From Phaeosaccion multiseriatum (Eukaryota > Protista > Ochrophyta, other classes), in contig OZ218950.1 of the NCBI GenBank assembly GCA_965112735.1, forward strand, positions 434,001 through 498,000: a stretch of DNA of 64,000 bases, in the 5' to 3' direction. Shown here piece after piece: positions 34,794 to 50,100 of the stretch; position 1 is the first letter of the stretch, and every line of letters begins with the position of its first letter. The notes under the pieces were generated by a model. It was not told the DNA's origin. It saw nothing but the letters and a program-made list of their open reading frames with translations, and did no database searches. The position numbers and the translations under genes are program-made.

Positions 34794-37773
34794 CTATGGT
34801 ACTGCCCCACCCCCTCCCGGCTCCTCGCTCGCCCTTTGTATCCGTCCCTCCAGTTGAGCAAGTGCTCTGAGGCTTGACTCCAAGCCTAGCCTCAGGGCCA
34901 AGCACTCCTGCGCTAGTCCTGCGTCCGGCTGCTGTATCACCAACTGCTGCACCTGCCCGCCAGCTCCAGGCGGCGCGTATGCTGCTGGTGCTGCTGCTGT
35001 ATCACCAACTGCTGCTGTTCCTGCTCTTTGACTGCCCGTATGCCCATTCTGCCCGCCTGTGCCACCACCAGCACTCCCTGCAGCAGCAGTAGCAGCAGCA
35101 GCAGTAGCCGCGGCTGCAGCACACGCTGCACATTTCACGTTGCTCACCTCCCCCCCTCCACCACCTCTTTCGCGCACCGCTTGCTGCATCCCCAGTGGCT
35201 CTACCTCACGGCCACCGCCACCGCTGCTGCTGCTTCTCTTCCCTCTCGTGTCCCTACTGTTGCCATCGCCCCCCCCCTCCTCCGCCCTCTCCACTGCCTT
35301 ATCCACTCCACTGCTCACATCCAGAGTTCGTCTCGCACTTTCTCGCAAGACGGACATGGGCTCTGGATGAGAGAGCTTCAAAGCTCCCAGATCGGCAGTG
35401 GAAATGGTGTACAGTTCAACTCTCGCCATAGAAGGACCTACTGCACGAGCCGTGAGGACTCGTGGACACCTGAGTAGAGCAGGGAGAGGAGGGAGGTGTG
35501 GGGGAGAAGAGGAAGGTCAGTCAGTACCTGGTCAGTTAGGATCTCTTGCCCTGTTGTCCTCTCCCCTCCTCTCCCCTCCTAGTCCTCCACCACCCACTGC
35601 CACCCCCCTCCTCGTCCCTCTCCTCCTCCTCCTCCTCCTCCTCCTCCTCCTCCTCCTCCTCCTCCTCCTCCCTCGTCTTTCTCCACTCTTCACCTGAGAA
35701 AACATCCGACCTCTCCAAAGTAGGCTCCTTCAGGCGTCGAGACCGTGACTGAAGCGAGCACCTTCCTGTGCCGACTGAGCTGCACAGTCCCTGCAGTTAC
35801 AAAGTACATCTCCGTTGCGATACTCCCCTCCAACATAATCACCTCCCCACCTCCGGATCCGAAACTCTCAATCGTTTTGCCACCACCAACACCACCACCA
35901 CCGCCGCCGCCGCCGCAATAGTCTTGCTCTCCTCCGCCTGGGCCAGGCTCAGCCACTCGAGGCCCCCTTAGTTTGGAGGCAAACAAAGCCACAAACTCCA
36001 ACTCTCCAAGCTGAGCAGCCGATCTTAGGAAGGGTATGCTTTCAATGAGTTGGCAGTGAACGTGAAGTAGTACGTCTACTTTGAGCCCGGCGGGGAGGAG
36101 GCTGAGGGTCTCTTCTGCTTGGCGTTCGCTGAAGCCCGCCACTTGGCCGGAGAGATGGACTCGACGCCTCACGCTGTCAGTCAGGGCTGTGAGTTGAGAA
36201 GGGGGAGGGGGGAGGGAGAGAGACGAGAGACGGAGACAGAAAAGGGGGTAGGGGCAAAGCGGTCTCGGTCAGCCGAGCGGTAAGAGACACGCCAAAGGGG
36301 AGGGGAGTGGATGGCAGTGGATGGCTTTCTTTGCTATGTTCAATGAGTGAGCGACCCTGCCTTGCTTCGAAAGAGAGGTGTGGAGCAAGCAACGCGCCAG
36401 GAAATACCTGCACCCCAAACCTGAGCCGGAGACCCCAACTTGTCGGACAGCCCGTGCACCGTACAAACAAGCAAACAAGGGACACACACACACACACACA
36501 CACACTCACGCTTCGGCAAAGGGTGCATCCGCAGAAACGTCTCCGCACTGATGCGAACGTTCTCCGCCGTCTCCTTCTTGGAGATGACGGATGCCACGAC
36601 GTGACTGGCAGACCCAATGGCCAGTGCATACACCGTGGCTCCAGTGAGCATCACCACCGTACAGTAGAAGCGCTCGAGCGAGGTGCCTCCCGTAATGTCG
36701 CCATACCCAACCGTGGAGATGGTGGTGACTGCCCAATACAGCGAAGCCACATACAGTGCCTTACCCTGCGCCCCCTCCAGCCCGTCCTTGCTGATCCACC
36801 CTTTACTATCGGCCTCTACGTCGGCGAGGAAGTGCCAGCCGCACGCCACCCAATGCAAGGCGAGCACAATGTAAATGGACACTTTAAGGATGCTGTACAG
36901 GCCTATCACCACGTGCTGGTGTGGGCGGCCTTCCAGCTTCTCTCCGCAGCGCTTGACCAGGCGCACGAGCTTGAGGGTCTGGGGTAGGTGCACAAGCCGA
37001 GCCAGCTTGTTCATGATAGTGTACACATTCGTGCCCACAATCAACGTGACGGGCACGGCGGCAATGGCGTCGGGCAGCAAGTACGTCCGCGAGAATCTCT
37101 TGGCGATGAGGCGCAGATCGGTCACCAGCACACCCTGCTGCGGGTCCTCATAGGCAGACACGAACTGCAGAGCAAAGTCCAACATGAACAAGACGTCCAC
37201 CAGGGCATTACCGAGGTAGTAGTCCACTGGCGTCATTTTCTCGATGTGCTGGAAGGAGAGGAAGAGGGGGATAAACACGGCCACGTATGTCGTCAGCGCG
37301 TCGCCAACGTAGTCCCACACGATTCGGGCGGAGGAGTGGGGGGAAATGATGTGCCAGGGAAGCCTGCTTTGTCTGAGCATCTGCTCCCCCGCGCCCACAG
37401 GTCTGTAGGACCTGCCGGGGGGAGCCCTCCGACCGCGAGGCATGAGGTCCTGGTGTGTCGCTCTGTGTCTGCCCCGGGTGGCCACAATGTCCAGTAGGTG
37501 CCGTCCCGTCGGCGAGGACTCCTGCCCTGCACGAGGTGACTCCTCCTCGCTCGATACGCGCGCCCCCCGGCCCCCGCCTGCCGGAGGGCCTGCCTGCATC
37601 GTCGCGTCGTTGCTGCGAGCAGAGCCCCTCCCGTGCTCGTCCTCGTTTCGGTGCCAAGTCGGCGAATCAGAGTCCCACTGGGTCAGCTCCACAAGTCTCC
37701 GGCGGCCATCGAGCTTTGCCTTCGGCATTCTCAATGAGACTTGGCCACCTACCACACCTTGCTCTCTCAGTCC
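34794..37773 (-). CDS. Voltage-gated K+ channel with cyclic-nucleotide-binding domain (EAG/CNG-like); 5' exons unresolved
   Basis: IISPHS..WD, VDVLFMLDF, HWVACGW, pore YVASLYWAVTTISTVGYGD; cNBD EMYFVTAGTV..GAYFGEV spliced to CPRVLTARAV..ELYTIS. Confidence 0.88.
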
Positions 37774-39095
37774 CTGCAGTCAATCTCTTTCGTCGCCGTT
37801 GGTCGACACATCTTTCCCCTGGCCTTCGAAGTATACGTGACTTGGTGCCGCAACCACACCTTACTCTCCCCTTCCCTGTGGTCCATCTCCTCTGCCGATT
37901 GCGTGTGCCGTTCCTCGCCCCTATCGTAGGCCGCCCCTGAAGGTGAGTAGTTGAGTTTGGGGCCTGAAAAAGTGCTTCCGCCGCCGCTGCCGCATTCAAG
38001 GGCCTTTCCACCTCGCACCAAGACTCGCAGTCACATTATCTCTTTCTTCCCATGTACCGACGGCCAGTTGAGCAGCTTGTTGTTGGGGGGGGGGGGGGGG
38101 GGGCTAACGAATTTACATTCTACCACAAGCCCCCCGGGGGACCTTGGCAAGAGAGAGCAGCAGCAGAGAGGAAAGAGGACATCGTATTTATGGTAAGGGG
38201 AAGGATCCTGAGCTGCTGCTGTTCGGGTTGGCCTTGTCGCCGGGTGGGGTGGAGAACCCGTGTCAACGCCTCCTCCGTCCTGTGCTCTTCCTTGCTGGGT
38301 CCCCTATCGATGCGGTCTCCCTTCGTCTCACCCCCAAGCCTCTCTGCCGTATACTCACGCCCGCAGTGCTGTCTGATGAGCGTGTCTGGCCATCCTCTGT
38401 GAACGCTGACCACCTAACTCTTGCTCTACGTGACCCCCCCTTGTCCCTGAGCAGCACCACTTTCCAGCACTTTGAGATCCTTGGGCAGTAGACCGCGAAC
38501 AGCAGCGGGTGGCAGCGACAGACAACGCAGAGGTTGGCCCTGAGGGTCGATGAATGATGTACCGGGCGGAGGAGGCTACGGTGGTGGCTTCGGAGGAGGA
38601 TTCGGGCAACAATCGGTCAGCAGAGGTGGACAACTGGTACGTGAAAGGGACAAGGGGGGTTAGACAGGGACAGTTGTGAAGGGGTGTGGGGGACGATTGG
38701 TGACGGGCCGCTGAGTGTTTCAGTAGGATATGTTGTAGGAGGTCTCAAGTACAGGACTGTCGAGGGTGTTTGATGTGGGTCCATGACTTGACGTGCTCTG
38801 GGGTGAACCTCACACACGTGAGGTGAGGTGCACGAGAGACAGCGTGTTGCTTGGTGGATGAACGGAGCCCCGCAATTGCTTCACGTCACGTCACTGTGCG
38901 TCACCTACCCTTAACTGCACGAACCCACGAACAGCAACGTACGCACTCCCCCCTGCCTTTCTCGCTCTGCCGACCTCATTCTCCCTCTGTGCATCCCCTC
39001 TGCGATGTACCTGCCCCCTCCCCTCCCCTCGCTGTCTCTCTCTCTGTCCGTGCGTTTTCATGTCATAGCCAACGGCTTTTAGTCAATTGGGAGGC

Positions 39096-39134
39096 ATGGG
39101 CGGGGGAGGGGGCTCGGCTGACATGGGAGGCATG

Positions 39135-39190
<56 letters not shown>

Positions 39191-39876
39191 CGGGGTGGGT
39201 AACAGCAGCAGCAGCACCGGCCCGGATATTCTCACGCAGTCCTCAGATCTCATAGGACCGCAGGGGGTGATCCGCTCTGGGTCCGCCCTCTCCGCTCAGC
39301 AGCCGTCCGCATATGCAAATGACCTGATCATGTCAGGAGTTAAAGGTGAGCGAGAAAGAGGGGAGGCAGTGCGGCAATGCGCTACAACTCCCGGTCGTGC
39401 TCGCTTTGAGTCATTTACACGCTTCGGTAGTTCCTTGGCTTGTCTTTGTAGAGAGCTTCTGCTGAAAGCGTTTAGACTTCGATCAGTTACCACATCAATA
39501 TCTCTAGGCCCCCTTGAGAGTGCGTATCACATCAGCCATAGCCTGCCGGGTATGTTAAACAGCCACACGCTTTCCCTTTGACGCTAATCGGTGGCGAAAG
39601 CCTCCTCCCCTCTCCCTAACCCTCCCTCTCACTCACTTGTCCATCCGAAGCGATACTCTGTAGGTACTAGCACTGGTATCGTTGTTTTGTGGCACGCACT
39701 TACCCGCCCCTACGTGCTGTTGTTTCCGGTCCTGTGCCTGTGGCCTCTTGACCTTCCTCCTCTGTTTTCGTACCCACAGGTGGGCAACCAGACTTCGCTG
39801 CCTCAGGAGGAGTGCGGGGAGGGGGAGGGGGTGGCGCCATGCTGGGGGGAGGACACAGGCAACTCGATGGTGGCCT

Positions 39877-39923
<47 letters not shown>

Positions 39924-40371
39924 CACAGCAGGCTGCGGGGCACTCCAACTTCGACATCACTGACTTCCCAGCCTTGGGGGGGCTGGGGGTGGATGAGAAC
40001 GGGCCCTCCTTCAACTCATACTCTGGCTACCGCCCACAAGAGCAGGCATTCTCTATGCAGAGTGAAGACTTCCCTGCCTTACCGGGGGCGTCAGGTCCCG
40101 GGGGTTTTGGCGGAGTAGGAGGAGGGGCGGCAGGAGGAGTAGGAGGAGGAGGGGGGGTAGCAAGAGGATTAGGGAATGTATCAGCAGGCCAGCTTCACCA
40201 AGGGTTAGGCGGTGGTGCCGCGGGCCATGGTGCGCCTTTCGCATCGAATGGAATCGACGGTGGGAGTAGTGCTCTCGGCGGCGGAGCAGGGAGTGCGTAC
40301 CGGGATAACAGAGCGCCCGGGCCAGGGCAGTCTGCCATTCTGAAGCATCAGCATCAGCAGTTGCAACAGCA

Positions 40372-40403
<32 letters not shown>

Positions 40404-41855
40404 AGCAGCAACAACAACAGAAACAGCAGCACCATCAACAACAGCAATTACAGCAGCAGCAGCAACAGCAGCAGCAGCAACAGGGGAAGAATGGTGGTAT
40501 GGGATCGTCACCTGTATCACCAAATCTCTTATCTGTGAATAGTGGTGGGGGAGGAGGAGGAGGAGGAGGAGGAGGAGGAGGGGGAGCAGCAGGAGGAAAG
40601 GGAGACTGGAGAGGAGCACCAGGATCAGTAGGAGGCGGCGGAGGGGGGTCAGGGGCCGGGCAATCAGCAGGAGGAGGAACAGGTCCACCGCCCTCAAACG
40701 CGGAGGATGACAGTCATAAAGCGAAGAAGTACGGTCTGCTGGGCTTGCTGGGAGTAATACGGATGACGGAACCGGACTTGAATGTGCTTGCGTTAGGCTC
40801 AGATCTCACGACATTGGGGCTCAACCTCGATAGTCAGGTGAGTAGAGGGTGAAAGGGGTGAAGAAGAGGAAGAGGAGGGTGAGGAAGAGGAGGAGGAGGA
40901 GGAGGAGGAGGAGTACTTCTGTCCCACGAACCCTGTCACTGTCACTGTAACTGTCGCTGTAACTGTCACATGCAATAGCTCGCCTCTCCTGTTGTCGACC
41001 CATCCCCTGTGCGACTTGCACCTCCATTCTATCAGCTGAGGCGTGGGAAGGAAGGAAGGAAATGAATGGGGTATGGACGGGGAATGCCCCTTCGGGGAAC
41101 GTCCCTCACTCACTTAAACTTGCTTGCACCCTCCCCCCTCCCCTCCCTCTGTCCCTTCCTCCCCGTCCTCTCTTCTTCTCTGCCCCTTGCCATCCCCTGC
41201 CATCCTCTCACTTCACAACACAACAGGATGCTCTGTACTCCACCTTTGCATCTCCTTGGACAGAGACGCCCAGTAGCCGAGAGCCGCAGTTCCAATTGCC
41301 CGCGTGCTATGCTATGGTGCCGCCCGCACTCAAAACGGCTCATTTCTCCAAGTTTCAGCTGGAGACGCTCTTTTACATCTTTCACGCCATGCCACAAGAC
41401 GCCCTGCAGGCATACTCGGCACACGAGGTGAGGGAGGGATGGTAGTGGATGGGGAGGAGGGAGGGAGGGAGAGGGAGAGGGAGAGGGCACGGAGCGAGAG
41501 GGCCGAGAGAGGGAGAGAGAGAGAGGATGAGAGCCTTGGTCCTTCTTCGGCGTGCGTAGGTTTCGGCTTTCCCCTTCAATACCACAGCGTCCAACACTCC
41601 TGCTGCTGTTATCACCATCTGCTCTTGCCGTACCACCAACCCACTCAGCTGTACAAACGCGAGTGGCGATTCCACGCGGACCTAAAGCTCTGGCTCAAGC
41701 GGGCGGGCCCGGGGGATAACGTCGGCCCGGGCACCCAGTACTTGTACTTTGATACCACCACGTGGGAACAGAGAGTGTTTGGAGGTGGCGGGAATAGTAA
41801 CATGGCTGCTGGACTGCTCAGTGAGGAGGACGTAAGGGTCAAGTTCAGCAGCTGA
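39096..41855 (+). CDS. NOT2: CCR4-NOT complex subunit NOT2
   Basis: FSMQSEDFPALPG, KYGLLGLLGVIR..LALGSDLTTLGLNL, LYSTFASPW, FQLETLFYIF..MPQDALQ, LYKREWRFH (NOT box). Start approximate. Confidence 0.92.
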
Positions 41856-42748
41856 TGCGATGATGATGATGATGATGATGAGGGCCGTCTGAGTGGGTAG
41901 CTGCTTGTGCTGCTCCTTGTGGTGGTGCTGCTGCGTGTGCTGGTGGTGGTGGTGTTGCTGCTGCTGCTCTTCTCTTTGCGGGTCTCTTCCTCTTCCTCTT
42001 TGGTGTCTTGTGATTGTTGAAAAGCTTTGCCGTTCCCCTTCCTCTAAGCAGCTGTTCTGGTAGAATGGTTTTTTCTACAGCAGCAGAGGCTGTGGGGGAG
42101 AGGGCAAAGGTAGAACGTGAACAAACGGGAGAGGGAGGAAGATGACGCACAGAGAGAAAGGGAGTGAGAGAAGTGGCGGGCTGGAGCGGTGACTGCTCGT
42201 GTGGTTGATTGCAAGAGCGAGGAGGCACGGGGGGAGGAGTGGCAGCGGTAGACAGACAGACAATCAGATAGACAGACAGACAGACAGACAGACATCCGGA
42301 GAGACACTTGGCTCTCGACCCGTTTAAACGAAGGAGGAAGAAGAATAATAACATCTTTGCTTAAAGCGTGGAGGGCGCCCAAGGCCCTCCCTCCCTCCCT
42401 CTCCGCCTACGCCACCCCTCGCCACGATGGGCAACAGCAGCCCGATTGCCCAAGTCGGTTGTCACTGAGCATTTTGGTATGACTTGTGGGTAGCTGACCC
42501 GCTGGTGGCTCGAACGGCCCCCGATCGAAGCCGAGGTGTAGGTGTAGACAGAAGACACCGATGCCCTCTCGTCGTCACGCCCCTCCCCTCCCCGACACTC
42601 GCTCGCTCCGTATGTTTCTTGTGGTCATTTGAGCTGACCCATCCGTACAATGTTTGAACACATAAATTAATTACCATCTCCGGAAAATTGTTGTAAAACT
42701 GTCTAGTTTTATCGGGTCCCTCCCTCCCTCCCTCTTCCTAAAGCGCGT

Positions 42749-44951
<2,203 letters not shown>

Positions 44952-45169
44952 GGCAACCAAGAGTGAGGAAGGGGGAGAGGAGTGATGAACGCGGGTCATG
45001 AACCATATGCCTCCGGATGACCCCTCGGGAAAGCCGTTGGTTCTCTCTTCCGTCGCCCTTCTCCCCACTTGCTCTTTTTTTCTTTCTCTCCTCGTCTCTG
45101 TATAGAGAGGTCGTCTACGGGTCCTTGGTTAAAAAAGGGCCCTGCCTCTGTCAAGGTATAGAGCGAAGG

Positions 45170-47104
45170 ATGGTGGTGGAGCGCTTCGGCGAGAACGTGG
45201 GCAACACGTTGATGAAAGACCGACTAAGGCGCCATATGCAGAGCAGAGGCGTGGAGAGCGCATCGAGCGGCTACAGCGGGGGAGGGGGCAGCGTCGGAGC
45301 TGATAGATTCGCGGGAAGGAGTCCACGCCAAGGTGCAGCAGCGGGGCGGCCGTCGGCAGCGTTAGGAGGGGCCAGGAGGGGCAGGAGAGTGAGTGGATTC
45401 GGATACGATGAAGATACCGACGAGGAGGAGGAGGAGCACTTTACGGGCTATCGACGGCCCTACTCGACCTCCTCGGTCGGTACAGATAGTATCCTCAAGC
45501 AGCAGCACCTGGGCCGGTACGAGGCACCGAGTAGCGCGAGCAGCAGCACTAGCAGCTCGAGAAGAAGCCACAGTCATCGCCCCCCCACGGTGGCGGCCCC
45601 CAGTCCCCAGGAGCGACTCATCGAGCTGGAGCGACTCTTCCTTGTGAAGGTGGCAGAGAAGGGGGGTGGCTCCATGGAGAGGGCCCTCAAGAAGGTCATG
45701 AGGCAGTACGATGCCGACGGAAACGGAGTTTTGAGTATGAAAGAGTTCGACAAGGTGAGGAGGGAAGAGAGAACGCGAGGAGACTGACTGATTGACTAAC
45801 CGACTGACTGACTTTGCTTATGATTGTTTGAGGGAGTAAGAAGCTATGGATGGTGCTCTCTTCGTAAGCGTTAAGCCGCACACAAATTTCACTCTCTCCC
45901 GCCCCCCTCTTTCCCTCACATCCACCCACCCATCAGACCCTGTCAGTCTTTCTGCCGGGCATTGGCAGTCACGAGATACGAGCTCTGGCATCTCTGTTTG
46001 ACCTCAATGGAGATGGAGCCATCTGTATCGACGAGCTCGCCGCACGCATGCGTCTTCTGGAGGGCAAGGCAGGGGGGGGCAAGACTTCGGGTACAGGGTT
46101 GTTGGGTGGAGGGGCAACAACAACAACGGCAGCAGCAGCCAGAGCACCCAGCCATGGCGAGGGGGGGGTTGGCCGCAGTGGAAGAGACGGCCTGCTCAGC
46201 TCTCTGGCAGCAGTATCGAAGCTGCGGGCAGGGGCGGCGCGAGGAGCCCGAGAAAGAGGAGGACGACGGTCAGAGGGGAGTGTATGGAGCAGCTGTGCTG
46301 CGTCCACGCGTGGCGGGAGGGGGGATGGCAGTGGAGGGTCTTCCGCCTCCGTCTTCTCGGTGGCAGGTAGTACACCCCGGACAGGTCAGTTTCAGTTTCA
46401 GCTTCATTGTATAGGTGTTAGACCTTATCCAACACCGTACACGGTACAATACGATACCAATCAAGAAATTGATCGATACCGAATATCGAATATCGGATGC
46501 CAATAACAGGTACAGCAGCGGCACCTCCCGCCTCCGAGGTGGGGCGGCCCTCCTCAGCGGCCCGGAGCCTGACCTTCGAAGAGCGGTTGCTGCAGTGGCA
46601 AGTCAGTCTGAGGAGCAGCCTGGAGGAGGAGGCCAGGAGGAGTTACAGAAAGATCAGCAAGAACGAGAGGTGAGTACGTGCGTTCGACCATCCTTCTGCC
46701 GGGCGTGGAATGCAGAGGTGGCGGCGGGCGGAGAGAGAGCATTCGAGAGCGAGGAGCAGGGAGAAGAGGGAAGGACTGGTCGCGGCTGTCTCATGTACTT
46801 GCCTATGTTCTACACGCTCCGCTTGCGGTGGTGCCTCAGGAGGTCTAGTACCTGATCTGTCCTTCCTCCTTACACACACTCTCTGCCTGTCCCATATGCC
46901 TCTACTCAATATACAATGGTAACCGCTCTCTCGCCGCACACAACAGACTGTCCAGGCACACCTCTGACCTCATCGAGAAGCTCAGCAGAGAGAGCCTCAG
47001 CCGCACATTCCAAAGATTCGCTCCATCATCATCGTCATCATCATCATCATCATCATCACCCTCTTCCACCCCAAGGCGGCAGCAGCAACCCCGGGATGGA
47101 CGGT

Positions 47105-47136
<32 letters not shown>

Positions 47137-50100
47137 CAAGGGGAGATTGGTGGGCAGAGTCAGCAGCGCTACCACCTCCCTAGGGCAGATTTCCGCGCCG
47201 CCATACTCTCCCTCCGGCAGGCGGGACAGCCCTTCCTCCTCTCTGGAGACATGTCCGCCCTGTGGGAGCTCTGCGATGGGGGAGACTACCGAGTACTCGT
47301 GGAAAGTCTCTTCGTCAAGAAGGAGAGGACGGAGAGCAACAGGTTCGGCTTTCAGCGGGTCGTGGGTAGGCCCACAGAGCTTCCCAACCCCGAGGTGGGG
47401 AACGGACCCTTTGATCAGGGCAAGGGCAAGGAGGTGAGTGAGTAAGGGGGTGGGTGGGTGGGTGGGTGGGTTGGTGGGATGGTTGAGTGGGTGAGTGGTT
47501 GGCATGGTCCCCACACACCTCTGTTCATGCACTTCTTACGCCTGTTCTTATGCCCACCTTCCTCTCCTGTCCAAGGGACGTACGTGTGTGCCCATATGCC
47601 TCTATTCACGCCGACAGTTGTTGTACTTTTGTCTCCTATACGCCTCTTTTCATACTCGTGTGCCTTTCTTCTATTAGGGCCAGCGCGAAGTGTCTGCCCT
47701 GCTGCCCGCCGACGTGCCGCAGCGACTGCGCTACCGTTACTGCAAGATGCCCGTGCAGCCTCCCTCCAATTGGGACACGAGGGAAATGGAGCGATCAGGC
47801 CGGCTGCCCAATGCAAGTCTCAGCATGAGGCATGTCTTGGGCTACAGAGCAGACGCTAAGGTAGGGGGGGTTGGAGAGGGGGGAGAGAAGGAGGGAGGGG
47901 GGGAGGGGGGCAGGCAGCAGGACAAGGAAGAGAGAATCGAGAGCTCATGCGGCGTACTTCCATGAATGGGTGTGCCACTGAGAACATACCCCCCATACCT
48001 CCCATGTCTGTGTCCTTCCCTGTCAATCGACCCGTATCTTCGCCCCACTCTCATGCTCCCCCTGCCCAACCCCTCCATCCCTCCAACCACGGCGTGCCCA
48101 CCCAACTTCAACTAAGCAGGGCCCCAACCTGTTCGTGTCAAGCAGTGTGTCAAGCAGTGACCATAGTCCTGACGGTGGAGGTGGGTATGGTCATCATCCA
48201 CGTGGTCGCCAAGTGTTGTACTCCGTGGCCGCCGTCGGAGTGGTGTGGGACGAGTCCTCGGGCAAACAGAGGCACTTTGTCGGGCACACGGATGACATTT
48301 GCGCTCTTGCCGTGTCGAGGGACGGGAAGAGGGCCGTGACTGGACAGGTGGGTGGGTGGGTGGGTGGATAAGGGTGGGTGGGTGGATGGGTGTGAGTGTA
48401 GGTGGGCTCGCTTGGGCATCTTGGTATCTTGCTGTGATTGGGAGTGAAGTTCATACATGAATACACTCCCACCACGGCCACCTCCTACCTACCTGCCAAC
48501 CAACCACCCTCCCACCCATCTGCCCACCCTCCCGATCCATCGATCAATCAATCACTCACGCCGAATGCACACGGTCGATCCAGGTGGGGAAGCGGGCCTT
48601 TCTCTTGGTGTGGAGCGTGCTGTCATGCGAGCAAGTGGGGCCTCGCTTAGGGGAGGGCTTTCTGGAGAGGGGCGTGGCGGCGGTCTGTTTCAGCGAGGAC
48701 GGCAAGCTGGTCGTCGCCATTGGTTGCGACGATCACCACATGCTGGGGGTGTGGGACGTCAAGAGTGGCACCTTGGTCGCAGAGATGCCCGCCCAGAACG
48801 GCCCTCCGCCGCAGGTGAGGTAGTGAGGTAGTGAGGTAGTGAGGTAGTGAGGTAGTGAGGTAGTGAGGTAGTGAGGTAGTGATGTAGTGAGGTAGTTGCC
48901 GAAGGAGGCTATCTGTGTCCATCTCTCTTCCCCTCTCCCTCTTTCTCTCACACCCGTCTCTCCCTCTATCTCTCTACCTCTTCCTGTCCCTCCCCCCCCC
49001 TCTCCCCCTCCCTCTGTCGTCCCATCTTACCCTCTAACCTCCCCCCCCCCACACACACATTCCCAACCCCCCCCCCCACCCCTCCGTCCAGGTGTTTAGT
49101 GTATGTTGGAACCCTCACTTGGTACCGCGGCAGCAGCAGCGGCGAGGTCGGGGGGGCTCGTTTGAAGAGGAGGACGACGAGGAGGAGGAGGAGGGTCTGG
49201 GATTGGAGGCCTTCGTAACGGTCGGGGCAGCGAGGCATATCAAGTTTTGGACTTTAGATAGAAGGTTGGGTCGACAGGGGGCACGAGGAGGGGGCGACAA
49301 GGGGGGCGGTGCAGCAGTTGGTGATACAGCGGCTGCACTGACCGTCAAGGGAGGCGTGTTTGGTACCAAGATTACCATGCCTCGCCAAATGTTGGGGGTA
49401 TGCTTCCACCCCACGGACCCAATCACGCTCACGGCGGGCGACGACGGGCAGGTAGGGAGGGAGAGAGGGAAGGAGGGAGGCAGGCAGGCAGGGAGGGAGG
49501 GAGAGAGGGAGAGAGGGAGGGAGGACTTCCGATCCCACAGCCCCGCATCAAGTCCAACTATCCCTCCTTCTCTCGTGCTTGCTTCTCCTCCATCGCCGCA
49601 CTTTGGATGTTTCTCGAGCTGTTTCGCGGTCACACGGGGTCTGACTGTCATTTCATCAAACATCTGTATCCTCTTAAAATAAGCATCTCTCTCCTGTCTC
49701 CTTCTGCCCCCCTTCTGTTGCCTCCCATCCATTGCCATCCCCCTCCCTCCCCCTCCCCCCCCCTCTCCCTATTCGCCACTAAGGTATTCCTCTGGAGAGG
49801 CAACAGGTGCGCGGCAAGCTTCAGAGCCCACCAGGGTCCCGTTCACTGCCTGGCCTTTGACCAAGGAGGACACTTCAACTTCAACCACCACAGCCACAGC
49901 TCCAACCACAACAACAACAACAACAACGTCAATGACGACGTTCATGGGAGGGGGAGGAGGAGGGAGGAGCAGTTGGTGATACAGCAGGGCAGCGCCTTCT
50001 CCCTCTTCACGGCAGGGGCCGATGGAGTGGTGCAGCGCTGGGGAGATGTGCGCATGGGGGGTCGCTTCCATCGCCTTGGCTCCTACACGCTGCCCGCCGC